From assembly GCA_001603595.1 (NCBI GenBank), contig LUZK01000002.1, positions 2,884 through 66,883 of the forward strand: a stretch of DNA of 64,000 nucleotides. The letters run 5' to 3'. The translations under genes and the position numbers were made by a program. Under the pieces are notes generated by a model. It worked only from the letters and a program-made list of their open reading frames with translations, was not told the origin of the DNA and did not search any database. This DNA is from Bacteroidales bacterium Bact_19. Its GTDB lineage: Bacteria > Bacteroidota > Bacteroidia > Bacteroidales > ML635J-15. How positions within the stretch are numbered: the stretch's first letter is position 1; every line of letters begins with the position of its first letter. This document shows positions 10,360-21,747 of the stretch, piece by piece.

Positions 10360-13300
10360 TATTCAGAGCTTTGCTTTTTTCTACGTGTACGAGCTTCTTT
10401 AAAAGTAATTTTATCAATAATATCTCTGATTAATTCGCCAAATGTGTTAAAGTCTTTTGTGTAGAATACCCCAACGCCGGATGTGTATGGCCCGAATTCG
10501 GCTTCTAATTCATCATTCTTTCTAGAAAATCCTTTAATCCTGAAGTTGCCTGATCTGTTAACTTTTAACTGGATTTCAATATCTCCGACAAAGGCATTGT
10601 TATGAGTTCTACCTTCGCCGTAAGCCATATTCCCGTTTATTAAGATTCTGTCATTAAGAAGTTGTGTCGAGAGTGCAAGTTCTACTTCTTGTCCCGATAT
10701 ATCCGTTGCTCCCGGATTATACTTAAAACCAATGTCGAAATCTCTGCTTATCTGGGATAACCAATTACTAATTTGATTCGACAAAAGTTCAGAAGATGTT
10801 GTACCTAAGGCTGTTGTAGTTGTACCTATTTGAGATGTAGGATCCATACCGGGCATAGCCTGACTAAATCTGTTGGTTATCAAAAGAAATAGCATCTGTT
10901 TATTTATTTCGTCTTGAGTCATGCTGGCCAATTGACTCTTGACTTTTTCGTTCGCATTTGGAATTTTAATGTCAAAAACAATTTCAGGCGACATCAAATT
11001 ACCTGTCATTTTCATGTAACATTCTATGTTGGTAGGTCTATTATATACTTCTGATGAGTCAATATCAAAACCGGTCATCAATTCCTTTAAAGGAGCCTTA
11101 GTATAATAAACTGCATTTAAGTTTAAAATTGCTTCGTAAGGATCTCCATACCAGGTAATAGTACCCCCAGGTTGAATCCGGAATCTTTTGTTAATAATGT
11201 TTTGCAGTGTGAATAAGTAATCTCCTTCTACAATTTCAACTTCACCATACATGTAAAAATCTTCGTTCGAAGTGTACTCCATTTTTAAGTTTCCCTTTGC
11301 AAAACCTCTGATAATATCGCCTACTTTAGGGTCAAAAACAATTTGCACCTCAGCATCAGGAGTAATTTCAACATCCATCTTAAAATAGTATTTTGAGCCT
11401 TGAGTAGGATTGCCGGAAGTGTTTATTTCTGAAGAATCCACCGATGGTTGAATAAAGGTTATAAAATCTACATAAGAAGTTTCGTATGTTGATGTCATTG
11501 GTAAGAAAAATCTCGTTAATGGCATTGTTTTTCCAAAAACATCTATGCCATAATTGTCCAAATCTCCTCTAAATCTTATTGATCCAGATGCATAAACATT
11601 ACCATAAAATAAATCATTATCTTTTTCGGTTGTATTCATAGCTTTCAGATTATCAAAAACAGCAGTAATATCAAACCTGAAATTGCTGAAATTGTTATGT
11701 AAAATCGAGCCATTTACTGTAGCCGGATTTTTATTTACATCAAAAAGTTTAAAGTTATTAAATACTATGGCATTATTGCTAAATGTAATTTTATCATCTG
11801 TGCTTAATCTTAGATTTAAATAGTCATATGTTAATTCTGTTTTTTCAAATTTTATAAAACCTTGAATTTCGGGGTCTTTAATATTTCCATTTATTGTTAA
11901 TATTAAATCCATGTAACCGTTTACATTGCTTATTTCAAGGTCACTTAAAAAGTCTTCGAACATATTTAAGTATAAATTATTAACATTCAGGTTGAAATCT
12001 ATACTGTCTTTTTTAGGATAATAATTTGTTCTTAGTTTCATTAACTTATTGGACCCTTCAATCCTAATTCCGTTTTCATCATCAGTATATGCTCCGCTGA
12101 TATCGAACCTGCCAAAATCTTGTTCATTAATTTTAAAATCTGCAATACTTACTGAAGCTCTGAAGTTAGGATCTCCTAAAACACCGGACAGTCTCCCATT
12201 ACCTGAAAGTATTCCATTAAATTTAAATCCAATATCTTCAATATAATTATTAAAGTTAGAAACATCTACATTATTTATCAGAAAACGTAAAACATTTTTA
12301 CTTTCCGCACCAACCTCTCCATCAATTGATAAAGATTGATTGTTGTGTGAAATCATAAACTTATCAATGCTGAAAATATTATTTGTGAATTTGAGGGGCG
12401 TTCTTCGAATTTCCCAAAGTCTGTTCTCAACAATAAACCATGAATTTTCAAGTGCTCCATAAAAATTTGGAGAAGCTGTGTTTTCGTCTAAATGAATTTT
12501 TGTTCGGAAAAAGATATTTCCAGAATTATTTTGCTTAGTATCGTTGTTATTCCATAATAGCCTTAAATTGATACTATCGTTTTGTGTTGAAGTTGTTAAA
12601 ATAAAGTTTTCAAAAACCGGAAAAGTCTTTGTACTAATTTCTTGTATTGCTAAAACCAAACTCAACGAATCTTCAAAACTATTTATATCAATTTGAGAAC
12701 CCCAGAAATAAATGCTGTCATATTTTATTTCAGGAAGAGAAAAAACTATATTTAGTTTGTTGTAAGGCAAAGAGATGAATCCTTCTCCGATAATATCCTT
12801 ATTGATTGATAAGTGCGGTAAAAATATTTCTGTTAATTGATTACTGTTTTTTAGCGTAAAGTCAAAATTTAATGTATTTTCTGATTTAAAAAGATCATGT
12901 TCTTCATGCTTTACAAACGAAGGTAAATAGTTAGCAAGCAAATCATTTATTGCAATAAAAATTTCATTAAATGAAAAGTTACCGCGGAAATTAGCATCTA
13001 AAAAATCAGATCTAACTCTTAGGTTTTGATCAGAAGTAGTTTCATCAATAAAAGAACTTATGGAGAAATTCCCGGCTTTTATTGAATTATTGTTCTGCGA
13101 ATAGTAGAAATCACTTAAATTTATATTACTTTCAGGGAAAGTTAATATTTCACCTTTAACATCGGCAAAAATATTAAATCGTAACTCCGAATTAAGAGAG
13201 TCCGGGACAACATTAATTTTGCTTAAATTTGCTTTTAAATCTGCTCTTAAGTCAATAACAGGAGTTTTTCCCCGGTCATCGAATTGTCCATATAATTCAA

Positions 13301-14819
13301 CTTGTAGATTGGGATCATTAATTAAAATTTCACCTTTGTAAAAATCATTAGAAATTTCACTTTTAACATTTATACTATTGTAATTATAACCCAGAATACC
13401 TATATTTGAAATATCTGCTTTTATTTTTGCAGAGTAATTCCCAGATGAATCTGTATTACCATCTATTTCAGTAATAAAGTTTATTTTATCAAAAGTGTAA
13501 GGGTCTCCCGTAATTCTTCCAAGGTCTATATCAGTTCCTTCTACTTTTCCTTTAAATCTTATAAAAAAACTCTCGAAATCACTTTTTATAGAAAGGTCTG
13601 TACTTATTGATCCAACCGATGAATTAAAACTACCATAAGCAACAAGGTCATTGAGCATACCGGTTAAATTTCCTGAGAAACTAATGTTTTCAATATCTCT
13701 TACTGACTGCGGTAAAATTGTAGGTTCTTTTGGATTTAAGGTGTTAAGAAGTCTTTGTATATCTGTTGTGCTAAATTTCAGTTCAGAAATATTTCCAAAA
13801 ATAAATGCTAGATCAATATCTGGCATGCCGTCAATCGAAAGGTCAGCCAATAATTTAGAGTTTTCGCCATATCTTAAGCTGAAATTATTAAACTTGAATT
13901 TTGATAATCTTCCTTTAAAATTCCCTGAAATATGTAATTTGTCATGCCAATTCCTATATTCCGGCATAAATGGAGCCAAATCTGCAAAATCAAAAATCAA
14001 AGTATCAATATCCAGAATAAATTTTGACTTACTAATTACATCGTCCAAGTAGTTTTCATCACTTCCTAATATTGCTATTTGATTACATTTTAAAGTGGAA
14101 TTAATTGTTTTAAATAAGAAATTATTTAGTTCAATACCTTTAAGATGATAGACAAAGTCGGCACTTAATTTAGTAATGTTAATCCCTGAATTTTCATTTA
14201 AAGTAAAGTTTTTAATTGTGAGAAGAATAGAATCCGGCTGATACCTGAAATTTTCTATTTCAAGGTTTATCCCTGTAATATGAAGGTTCGAAGCATCAAA
14301 TAAATCATAATTTTTTGTTCCTAATTCATCCCTAAAATTGAAAGAAGAGTTTTTAAATTCAAAATTATTACAAATAATAGTTATTGGTTTTGATTCTTGT
14401 GTCGTATCTGTTGTTTCTGAACTGAATTTATTTAATATGTAATCATAATTTGCTGTTCCGGTTGAATCAATCCAAACATTTGCAAAAGCTTCATTAAAAA
14501 TAAATTTATCAATATGAACTTTACGATTCAGAACTTTGATTTTAGATATCTGTAAATTTATTTCTTTAACAAAAAATAATGTATCTCCAATTGTGTCGTT
14601 TATCCTGATGTTTTCCATAACAAGTTTATCGGGAAAACTTAAATATACTCTGTCGAGAGTTAAATCTATTTCATAATATTTTGCAGCAAAATTTATGATT
14701 TTTTTTGTCAAAAAACTTTGAATAGGAGGCGAAATTGCTAGAATGTAAAGCAATATTATGTTTTTGAAAAAAATCAAAAACAAGAATAAAAATACTCTCT
14801 TTATCCTAATTCTATACAA
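10353..14819 (-). CDS. tamB: translocation/assembly module protein TamB-like (DUF490 C-terminus)
   Basis: 1488 aa with an N-terminal TM anchor and very long beta-rich repeats. The C-terminal region ...NGNMAYGEG...GDIEIQLKVNRSGNFRIKGFSR is typical of Bacteroidota TamB. The true start may be internal. Confidence 0.75.
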   Translation of the reverse strand: MYRIRIKRVFLFLFLIFFKNIILLYILAISPPIQSFLTKKIINFAAKYYEIDLTLDRVYLSFPDKLVMENIRINDTIGDTLFFVKEINLQISKIKVLNRKVHIDKFIFNEAFANVWIDSTGTANYDYILNKFSSETTDTTQESKPITIICNNFEFKNSSFNFRDELGTKNYDLFDASNLHITGINLEIENFRYQPDSILLTIKNFTLNENSGINITKLSADFVYHLKGIELNNFLFKTINSTLKCNQIAILGSDENYLDDVISKSKFILDIDTLIFDFADLAPFMPEYRNWHDKLHISGNFKGRLSKFKFNNFSLRYGENSKLLADLSIDGMPDIDLAFIFGNISELKFSTTDIQRLLNTLNPKEPTILPQSVRDIENISFSGNLTGMLNDLVAYGSFNSSVGSISTDLSIKSDFESFFIRFKGKVEGTDIDLGRITGDPYTFDKINFITEIDGNTDSSGNYSAKIKADISNIGILGYNYNSINVKSEISNDFYKGEILINDPNLQVELYGQFDDRGKTPVIDLRADLKANLSKINVVPDSLNSELRFNIFADVKGEILTFPESNINLSDFYYSQNNNSIKAGNFSISSFIDETTSDQNLRVRSDFLDANFRGNFSFNEIFIAINDLLANYLPSFVKHEEHDLFKSENTLNFDFTLKNSNQLTEIFLPHLSINKDIIGEGFISLPYNKLNIVFSLPEIKYDSIYFWGSQIDINSFEDSLSLVLAIQEISTKTFPVFENFILTTSTQNDSINLRLLWNNNDTKQNNSGNIFFRTKIHLDENTASPNFYGALENSWFIVENRLWEIRRTPLKFTNNIFSIDKFMISHNNQSLSIDGEVGAESKNVLRFLINNVDVSNFNNYIEDIGFKFNGILSGNGRLSGVLGDPNFRASVSIADFKINEQDFGRFDISGAYTDDENGIRIEGSNKLMKLRTNYYPKKDSIDFNLNVNNLYLNMFEDFLSDLEISNVNGYMDLILTINGNIKDPEIQGFIKFEKTELTYDYLNLRLSTDDKITFSNNAIVFNNFKLFDVNKNPATVNGSILHNNFSNFRFDITAVFDNLKAMNTTEKDNDLFYGNVYASGSIRFRGDLDNYGIDVFGKTMPLTRFFLPMTSTYETSYVDFITFIQPSVDSSEINTSGNPTQGSKYYFKMDVEITPDAEVQIVFDPKVGDIIRGFAKGNLKMEYTSNEDFYMYGEVEIVEGDYLFTLQNIINKRFRIQPGGTITWYGDPYEAILNLNAVYYTKAPLKELMTGFDIDSSEVYNRPTNIECYMKMTGNLMSPEIVFDIKIPNANEKVKSQLASMTQDEINKQMLFLLITNRFSQAMPGMDPTSQIGTTTTALGTTSSELLSNQISNWLSQISRDFDIGFKYNPGATDISGQEVELALSTQLLNDRILINGNMAYGEGRTHNNAFVGDIEIQLKVNRSGNFRIKGFSRKNDELEAEFGPYTSGVGVFYTKDFNTFGELIRDIIDKITFKEARTRRKKQSSEYY

Positions 14820-14909
14820 AATGTTTTTATTTACATTGCAAATATCATGAAAAAAAATTAATCTATACAGAAAAAGAATTAGTTTTGTGAACGAAATTTT
14901 GTTAAAAAG

Positions 14910-15929
14910 ATGAGAGTAAAGGTTTTGGGAATAGAATCTTCATGTGATGACACCTCTGCTGCTGTTCTGATAGATGGGAAGTTATATTCAAATGTGATAA
15001 ATTCTCAGTCAATTCATCAAAAATATGGAGGAGTTGTACCTGAATTAGCAAGCAGAGCTCACCAGCAAAATATTGTATTGGTTGTGAAAGAAGCTCTCGA
15101 ATTAGCAGAGTTAAGTTTCGCTGATATTGATTTGATTGCTTTTACACGAGGTCCAGGTTTGTTAGGATCTTTACTTGTAGGTTCTTCTTTTGCTAAAGGT
15201 CTTGCAATTGCAGGAGGGAAAAAAATTATTGGAGTAAATCATCTGCATGGTCATTTATTGGCACATTTCTTACGCGAAAAAAACGAACCGGATTTTGTTC
15301 CTAAATATCCATTCTTGTGTTTGTTAGTATCAGGAGGACATACTCAAATTATTGTCGTTAAAAGTGCTCTTAATTATGAAATAATAGGCGAAACCATTGA
15401 TGATGCTGCCGGAGAAGCTTTCGATAAATGCGCTAAAGTTTTGGGACTCGGATATCCTGGAGGTCCGATTATTGATAAGTTGGCTCAGAAAGGGAATCCT
15501 GATTCAATCAAATTTTCAAAACCTCAAATTCCGAATTTTGACTTTAGCTTTAGCGGACTAAAAACCTCCTTTCTCTATCATATCAGAGATCAAATACACA
15601 AAAATCCCGAATATTTGAGCGATAATCTCGAAAACATATGTGCATCACTCCAAAAAACTATAGTGGAAATTTTAGCCGATAAACTTGCAAAAGCTGCAAA
15701 AATCACAGGAATAAAGGAAATCTCCATATCGGGTGGAGTATCTGCAAATAGTGGATTACGGACACAATTATTAAATATGGCAGAAAAAAATTCATGGAAT
15801 CTGCATTTGCCCAAATTAAAATATACCACCGATAATGCTGCCATGATTGCTCTTGTGGGCTATTATAGGTTTATTGAAGGATATTACGATTCTCTTGATG
15901 TAAGTACAGAAGCAAAATTAAATTTTTAA
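14910..15929 (+). CDS. tsaD: tRNA N6-adenosine threonylcarbamoyltransferase
   Basis: Contains ILGIESSCDDTSAAV, the ...HLHGHL... metal site, SGGHT and GGVSAN motifs. Length is 339 aa. Confidence 0.92.
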   Translation: MRVKVLGIESSCDDTSAAVLIDGKLYSNVINSQSIHQKYGGVVPELASRAHQQNIVLVVKEALELAELSFADIDLIAFTRGPGLLGSLLVGSSFAKGLAIAGGKKIIGVNHLHGHLLAHFLREKNEPDFVPKYPFLCLLVSGGHTQIIVVKSALNYEIIGETIDDAAGEAFDKCAKVLGLGYPGGPIIDKLAQKGNPDSIKFSKPQIPNFDFSFSGLKTSFLYHIRDQIHKNPEYLSDNLENICASLQKTIVEILADKLAKAAKITGIKEISISGGVSANSGLRTQLLNMAEKNSWNLHLPKLKYTTDNAAMIALVGYYRFIEGYYDSLDVSTEAKLNF

Positions 15930-15999
15930 CAAAAAAATAATTATTTGGTATAAATTTTGCTTAATTTTGAGCTATCTAAAAATTTTTAAATTAAATGTT

Positions 16000-16401
16000 A
16001 TGAAAAGGTTTATGTTTTTGATTTTTGCGGTTGCTTTTGCCGGAATTATTTATGCACAACAAGAAGGGCCGGCAATTTCATGGAAAGCTACAGTGCATGA
16101 TTTTGGAACTTTTAAAGAAGAAGCAGGAATTCAAACTGCCACATTTGAGTTTGTAAACACAGGAAACGCACCACTTTATCTGACAAATGTTAAAGCATCT
16201 TGCGGATGTACTACCCCGGAATGGAGTAAAGAACCAATTCAACCCGGTGGAAAAGGTTATGTTAAAGCAGCTTACAACCCGGCTAATCGTCCCGGAAAAT
16301 TCAATAAGTCAATTACTGTAACAACTAACGAAACAACTCAGCCAACATCTGTACTTTATATTAAAGGAGAAGTTATACCAAAAGAACAACAAGCTAACTA
16401 A
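16000..16401 (+). CDS. DUF1573 domain protein (secreted)
   Basis: Has a signal peptide (start taken at MKRFMFLIF, downstream of the ORF-track TTG). Contains the DUF1573 signature ...HDFGTFKEEAG...F.F.NTGN.PL....V.ASCGCTTPEW. Confidence 0.75.
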   Translation: MKRFMFLIFAVAFAGIIYAQQEGPAISWKATVHDFGTFKEEAGIQTATFEFVNTGNAPLYLTNVKASCGCTTPEWSKEPIQPGGKGYVKAAYNPANRPGKFNKSITVTTNETTQPTSVLYIKGEVIPKEQQAN

Positions 16402-16425
16402 TAACTAACCTATAAATTTATAGCT

Positions 16426-17523
16426 ATGAAAAAAATGATGTTTTTGTTTTGTTTAATGACAGTTTCATTAATTGTATTTTCACAAACAAAACAAGCCTCA
16501 ATAAGTTGGGATAAAACTGTACATAATTTCGGAACTTTTAAGGAAGAAGCCGGTCCTCAAACCTGTACATTTACATTTACAAATACCGGTAACGAAGTAC
16601 TTTACCTTACAGACGTTAAAGCCTCTTGCGGATGTACTACTCCCGAATGGACAAAAGAACCTGTAAAACCCGGAGAAAAAGGTTTTGTAAAAGCAACTTA
16701 TGATCCTAAAAACAGACCAGGTAAATTTAATAAATCTATCACCGTGTCCTCTAATGCAGATGTTGCAACTTCAATGTTGAGAATCGAAGGTGAAGTTATC
16801 CCAAGGGAAAAAGGAATTGAAGATTTTTATCCAAGAAATATCGGAGACCTAAGACTAACTACCTCGCACTTAGCATTTACTAAAGTATATAATACCGAAA
16901 CAAAATCAGATACTATTGGCATTGTTAATATGAGCTCCGAACCAATGGAAATAACTTTCGAAAATGTTCCTCCTCATATTACGATTTCAGTAGAACCAAA
17001 AAAACTTGCCGGTAAAAAAACTAATGAACCCTACGGACAAAAGGGAGTTATAAGAGTTACATACGATGCAAAGAAACGTAACGATTATGGTTTTATAATG
17101 GATAGAATTGATCTTGTAATCAACGGTAAAAAAGTTGACCAAAATCGTATTTCTATTAGTGCCACCATTGAAGAAGATTTTAGACATCTTACTGCCGAAG
17201 AACTTGCTAATGCACCAAAAATAGAATTTGAAACGATTGATTATGACTTCGGTACAATTAAACAAGGTGATAAAGTTTCTTATAATTATGTGTTTAAAAA
17301 TACCGGTAAAAGCGATTTGATAATTCGAAAAATAAAAGCCTCTTGTGGTTGTACTGCAACAAATCCCGAAAAAATGGTTATCAAACCGGGAGAATCCAGC
17401 CATATAACAGCTACTTTCAATTCTACAGGCAGAACCGGTAAACAAAGTAAAACTATTACGGTAATCACTAACGATCCAAAACAATCTTCCATAACTTTGA
17501 AGATTAGCGGAAACGTTGAATAA
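16426..17523 (+). CDS. DUF1573 domain protein with two DUF1573 repeats
   Basis: The N-terminal repeat is paralogous to the preceding gene (VKASCGCTTPEWTKEP). The second repeat is IKASCGCTATNPEKMVIKPGE. Confidence 0.75.
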   Translation: MKKMMFLFCLMTVSLIVFSQTKQASISWDKTVHNFGTFKEEAGPQTCTFTFTNTGNEVLYLTDVKASCGCTTPEWTKEPVKPGEKGFVKATYDPKNRPGKFNKSITVSSNADVATSMLRIEGEVIPREKGIEDFYPRNIGDLRLTTSHLAFTKVYNTETKSDTIGIVNMSSEPMEITFENVPPHITISVEPKKLAGKKTNEPYGQKGVIRVTYDAKKRNDYGFIMDRIDLVINGKKVDQNRISISATIEEDFRHLTAEELANAPKIEFETIDYDFGTIKQGDKVSYNYVFKNTGKSDLIIRKIKASCGCTATNPEKMVIKPGESSHITATFNSTGRTGKQSKTITVITNDPKQSSITLKISGNVE

Positions 17524-17552
17524 TAAAATTTAACTATTATTTTAATTAAAAA

Positions 17553-17588
17553 TCTTTTAGGAATTAACTCCTAAAAGATTTTTTTTTA
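17553..17588 (+). terminator. intrinsic terminator after the DUF1573 pair
   Basis: AATCTTTTAGGA-attaa-CTCCTAAAAGATT followed by T9. Confidence 0.55.
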
Positions 17589-17605
17589 ACTTGCAAATAA
17601 AAAAA

Positions 17606-20332
17606 ATGAGAAAAATTTTTCTTGTATTTTTAGTTTATATAGGAATTATTGAGTTTAGTTTCTCTCAAAAAAACTATCACGATGGTGTTTTAATTATTAA
17701 AACAAAAAATGCCGAAGCTGTAAAGAGCTATGTTAGTACAATTCTCGGATGCCAAAAAAATGAAATTTCCCTTCAACACGAATTTGTTTTACCTCCAGAT
17801 TACAAAAACAAACTTGAAGAAGCTAAAATAAAGTATGGCAATATAATTCCTGATATTAGTAATATTTATAGACTGAATTATAAATCGGATTATGATGAGT
17901 TAATACTTTCTCAAAAATTGTCAAAGCTGGACTTTGTAGAATATTGCGAACCTTTATATAAAATAGACTTACTTTATGTTCCAAATGACCCGTTAAATTC
18001 AAGTGATCAATATTGGCTACAAAATATTAAAGCCTTTGAAGCCTGGGATATCCATAAAGGCGATACTAACACTGTTATAGGAATTTCGGATACAGGAATC
18101 GACCTTTCGCATCCAGACCTAATTTATAATATAAGGTATAATTATCTTGATCCAATTGACGGAGTTGATAACGATAGTGATGGTTATATTGATAACTTTA
18201 GAGGTTGGAATTTTGGAGAAAATAATAATAATGTTCAGGCATCGGAAAATCCTCACGGGACTTATGTTTCGGGAATAGCCGGCGCTTCAACAGATAATGG
18301 CATCGGAGTTTCGGGAGCCGGATTTAAATGTAAAATTTTCCCACTAAAAATCATGAATTCTCAAGGTGTAATAGATAATGCTTATCAATCAATAATTTAT
18401 GCAGCACTTCATGGCGTTGACGTTATAAACTGTTCTTGGGGTTCTACATATTATCAGCAAATGGGGCAGGAGGTCGTTACTTACGCTACATTGGTTCACG
18501 ACTTGTTAATTGTTGCAGCAGCAGGTAATACAAACAGTGAAGTGGAATTTTATCCGGCTTCTTATGAATATGTAATATCGGTTGCTGGCACTACTTCTCT
18601 AGATGAAAGATGGTCGCCGGAAAATACTCCAACAGGAGCCGGATCATCTTATTCCTACTCTGTTGATATTTCGGCTCCCTCGGCAATGTTTAAAAGTACT
18701 GATAATGGCGGTGGTTATACTCTGATGTGGGGAGGAACATCCTTTGCTGCTCCTATAGTGTCGGGAGCGGCTGCAATTCTAAGATCTTATTATCCTCAAC
18801 TAACTGCCCTCGAAATTATTGAGCATTTGAAAAATACTGCGGATATTATTGATACCATACTTTATAATATTCCTTACGCAAATAAATTAGGAAAGGGACG
18901 TTTAAACCTTTACAGAGCTTTAAGCGAGGATTTCTCACCTTCGGTAAAATTCAGAAATCTATTTGTAAACGAAACGGCTAATTATGTAACACTAAACGGA
19001 AATTTTCAGAATCTCCTCGCTCCGGTTGAAAATCTTAAAGTTAACATTAGTTTAATAGCCGATTATTGTGAAATTGTTAACGATATTTTGGAAATTGGCA
19101 CTCTTGAGGCATCTCAAATATATGTTTCAGATAACGAGATAGTTATACAGAAAAACCAAAATATACCTTATGATTATGAAATTATTGTGAAATTTGACTA
19201 TGTCGGCAATAACTACAGCGATAAACAATTTGTTAAAATCCGAACAAATCCCGGATATAAAAACATTAATACTGATAAAATCTTATTATCTGTAACTCCA
19301 AATGGGCGTATTGGTTATTCGGACTTATCCGGAAGTATTGGCAACGGAATGATTTTCGACAACATCTTTTCTTTGTTTTATGATTGTGGAATCATTACCG
19401 GAAATTCAGCTTTAAATTTAAAATCTTCCATTCGTCAATCTCCCGATTTTAAAAATTTTATTTTTCCTTATTATGTCAATAATTGGGACCTCCACCACTG
19501 TCGTGTGGTTTTGAACGACAGCTTGGATGTTTCGCCAAATGGACTCGAGATTATTTGTGATTATTATGCCTGGGAAGGAGAGGAAAACAAAAACTTTATT
19601 ATTGCCGATTTTAAATTAGTAAATAAAGGGTTATACGATCAAAATAATTTCTATTTCGGAATTTTTACGGATTGGGATTTGATAAATCCTTCCCGAAACA
19701 GTATTGGCAGCATTCCTGAACATAATTTTGTTTATTGCCGTTCTGATGTTAATCAAAATCTATATGCAGGCATAAAAGTGTTGAATTCTCAAAATGTAAA
19801 AAATTATTTTATTCCTCAAATTTCCGGTGGTGACGGAGTTGTTGATCTAACAAACGGGCTTGAAGACCTCGAAAGGTTTTATATGATTAGTAATGAATCT
19901 TTTTCATATACAGGTAGTTCAGATATTGTAGGGGTTACTTCTACCGGTCCTTTTAATTTGTTGGCAGGTGATACGGTTACAATCGGAATGGCTTTTGTTG
20001 TTGCCGACAATTTGTTCGATTTAAATAATGCATTAATTCAATCCCAGGATCTGTATTTTAATGAGTTGTATCCTCAATTCATCGCTAACGAGAATATCAA
20101 AGAATTTAAAATTTTTCCAAATCCTGCTATTGATAAATTATTTATTGATTGTAAATCTTGCACCAACTCTAAGTTTGCACTTTATGATATTTTTGGTAAA
20201 CCTGTTTTAAATGGTGATTTAAATACCTATTATATTAATTTAAACTCATTAAATACCGGAATTTATTTTCTTGAGATCTACAGTACTGATGAAATTGTGA
20301 AAACAAAATTTATAAAACATGATTTGAAATAG
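17606..20332 (+). CDS. S8 (subtilisin-like) serine peptidase with T9SS C-terminal sorting domain
   Basis: Catalytic triad contexts are GISDTGID, HGTYVSGIAG and GTSFAAPIVSG. The C-terminus is FKIFPNPAIDKLFID...GIYFLEIYS... The start was moved to ATG MRKIFLVF. Confidence 0.85.
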   Translation: MRKIFLVFLVYIGIIEFSFSQKNYHDGVLIIKTKNAEAVKSYVSTILGCQKNEISLQHEFVLPPDYKNKLEEAKIKYGNIIPDISNIYRLNYKSDYDELILSQKLSKLDFVEYCEPLYKIDLLYVPNDPLNSSDQYWLQNIKAFEAWDIHKGDTNTVIGISDTGIDLSHPDLIYNIRYNYLDPIDGVDNDSDGYIDNFRGWNFGENNNNVQASENPHGTYVSGIAGASTDNGIGVSGAGFKCKIFPLKIMNSQGVIDNAYQSIIYAALHGVDVINCSWGSTYYQQMGQEVVTYATLVHDLLIVAAAGNTNSEVEFYPASYEYVISVAGTTSLDERWSPENTPTGAGSSYSYSVDISAPSAMFKSTDNGGGYTLMWGGTSFAAPIVSGAAAILRSYYPQLTALEIIEHLKNTADIIDTILYNIPYANKLGKGRLNLYRALSEDFSPSVKFRNLFVNETANYVTLNGNFQNLLAPVENLKVNISLIADYCEIVNDILEIGTLEASQIYVSDNEIVIQKNQNIPYDYEIIVKFDYVGNNYSDKQFVKIRTNPGYKNINTDKILLSVTPNGRIGYSDLSGSIGNGMIFDNIFSLFYDCGIITGNSALNLKSSIRQSPDFKNFIFPYYVNNWDLHHCRVVLNDSLDVSPNGLEIICDYYAWEGEENKNFIIADFKLVNKGLYDQNNFYFGIFTDWDLINPSRNSIGSIPEHNFVYCRSDVNQNLYAGIKVLNSQNVKNYFIPQISGGDGVVDLTNGLEDLERFYMISNESFSYTGSSDIVGVTSTGPFNLLAGDTVTIGMAFVVADNLFDLNNALIQSQDLYFNELYPQFIANENIKEFKIFPNPAIDKLFIDCKSCTNSKFALYDIFGKPVLNGDLNTYYINLNSLNTGIYFLEIYSTDEIVKTKFIKHDLK

Positions 20333-20336
20333 ATCT

Positions 20337-21002
20337 TTAACTTTGGATATTTTTCAAAATAATTTCGGAATCTTTAACAGATTTTTTCAACCACTCTGCA
20401 AGAATAATATCTCTTTCCTTTTTTGACAGATGCCAATCTATATTTGATTCGTTTAACTTATTCCTGAGTTCATAGAGAAAAATTGCCGCAGAAACTGAGA
20501 TGTTAAAACTTTCCGTGAACCCGAACATTGGTATATTTACATGTTCATCTGCAATATTAAGAGCAATTTCAGATAAGCCGGGGAGTTCGGCTCCGAATAC
20601 TAAAGCAACTTTCCCTTTTTTGATATCAAACTTTTGAAGTGAATTTTCTTTTGTATGTGGGGTTGTAGCAATAATACGGTAGCCTTGTTTTTTTAATTCA
20701 AGTAGTGCTCTTTCTGTATTATTTGAATATTGATTGTATCTATGAATATTTAACCATTGTGAAGATCCCATGGAAACTTCGGGATTTTCTTGATATTGAA
20801 AATTATTTTCTATAAAATGAACATCCTGAATTCCAAAACAATCACAAGATCTTAATACGGCAGAAGCATTGTGTGATTGAAATAAATCTTCCAGAACAAC
20901 AGTAATATATCTGGTTCTGTTATCCAAAACTTCATTAAATTTATTAAAACGATTTTCAGTAATCATTCCTGAAAGAATATTGATAACCTTTTCTTCTGTC
21001 AT
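20337..21002 (-). CDS. TrmH/SpoU family RNA 2'-O-methyltransferase
   Basis: SpoU motifs are present: ...HNASAVLRSCDCFGIQDVH..., ...ALVFGAELPGLS... and ...IPMFGFTESFNISVSAAI... Confidence 0.8.
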   Translation of the reverse strand: MTEEKVINILSGMITENRFNKFNEVLDNRTRYITVVLEDLFQSHNASAVLRSCDCFGIQDVHFIENNFQYQENPEVSMGSSQWLNIHRYNQYSNNTERALLELKKQGYRIIATTPHTKENSLQKFDIKKGKVALVFGAELPGLSEIALNIADEHVNIPMFGFTESFNISVSAAIFLYELRNKLNESNIDWHLSKKERDIILAEWLKKSVKDSEIILKNIQS

Positions 21003-21026
21003 TTTAAATAATTTTTGTACAAAAAT

Positions 21027-21050
21027 AAAAAAAGGGAGCCGAAACTCCCT
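21027..21050 (-). terminator. putative terminator after the HU gene
   Basis: Minus strand shows GGGAG-tttcgg-CTCCC followed by a T-run. Confidence 0.5.
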
Positions 21051-21074
21051 TATAAAATTCTAAAACGACGAAAT

Positions 21075-21350
21075 TTACTTAACAGCATTCTTTAATTCGC
21101 TGCCAACTGTGAATTTAACAACTTTTTTAGCCGGAATGTTAATAACTTGTGTTGGTTTTTGTGGGTTGCGACCTTTTCTAGCAGCTCTTTGAGCAACACC
21201 AAAAGTTCCAAAACCTACTAAAGCGATTTTGTCACCAGCTTTTAAAGTTTCAGTTGTAGCTTCGATGAAAGCGTCTAAAGCTTTTTTTGCGTCTGCTTTA
21301 GTTAAATTAGCTTTTTTTGCAATTGCGTCAATTAATTGTGCTTTGTTCAT
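21075..21350 (-). CDS. hup: HU family DNA-binding protein
   Basis: 91 aa: MNKAQLIDAIAKKANLTKADAKKALDAF...GFGTF...R.GRNPQ. Confidence 0.9.
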   Translation of the reverse strand: MNKAQLIDAIAKKANLTKADAKKALDAFIEATTETLKAGDKIALVGFGTFGVAQRAARKGRNPQKPTQVINIPAKKVVKFTVGSELKNAVK

Positions 21351-21747
21351 TTTACTTAAATTTAATGGTTAGTAAATAATAATTTTCATGACAAATATAG
21401 CTATAATCAAGTATTTGTCAAGTTTTTAAGCAATTTTTTTGCGAATTGTTGAAAAATTGTTGTAATTGTTAATTGCGATTGTGATTTTGTAAGGTTTTTA
21501 GGTTTATGTCTAATAAAAAATAGTTTAAAAGTTAGACAAAAAATCGAAATAATTCGTTTTTATATTTTGTTCTATTGTTATGTAAGTTTCATAGAATAAT
21601 TAATTTATATGTATTTTACCCAAAAATAAGATAGTTTTATAAAAATGTTTTATTTATGTAAAAATCTAAAGTGAAAGCAAAAGAATAACTTTTTAAAAAA
21701 AATCAATTCTGTTTTTGCAGAAAAGAAATTTTATATATCTTTGCAGC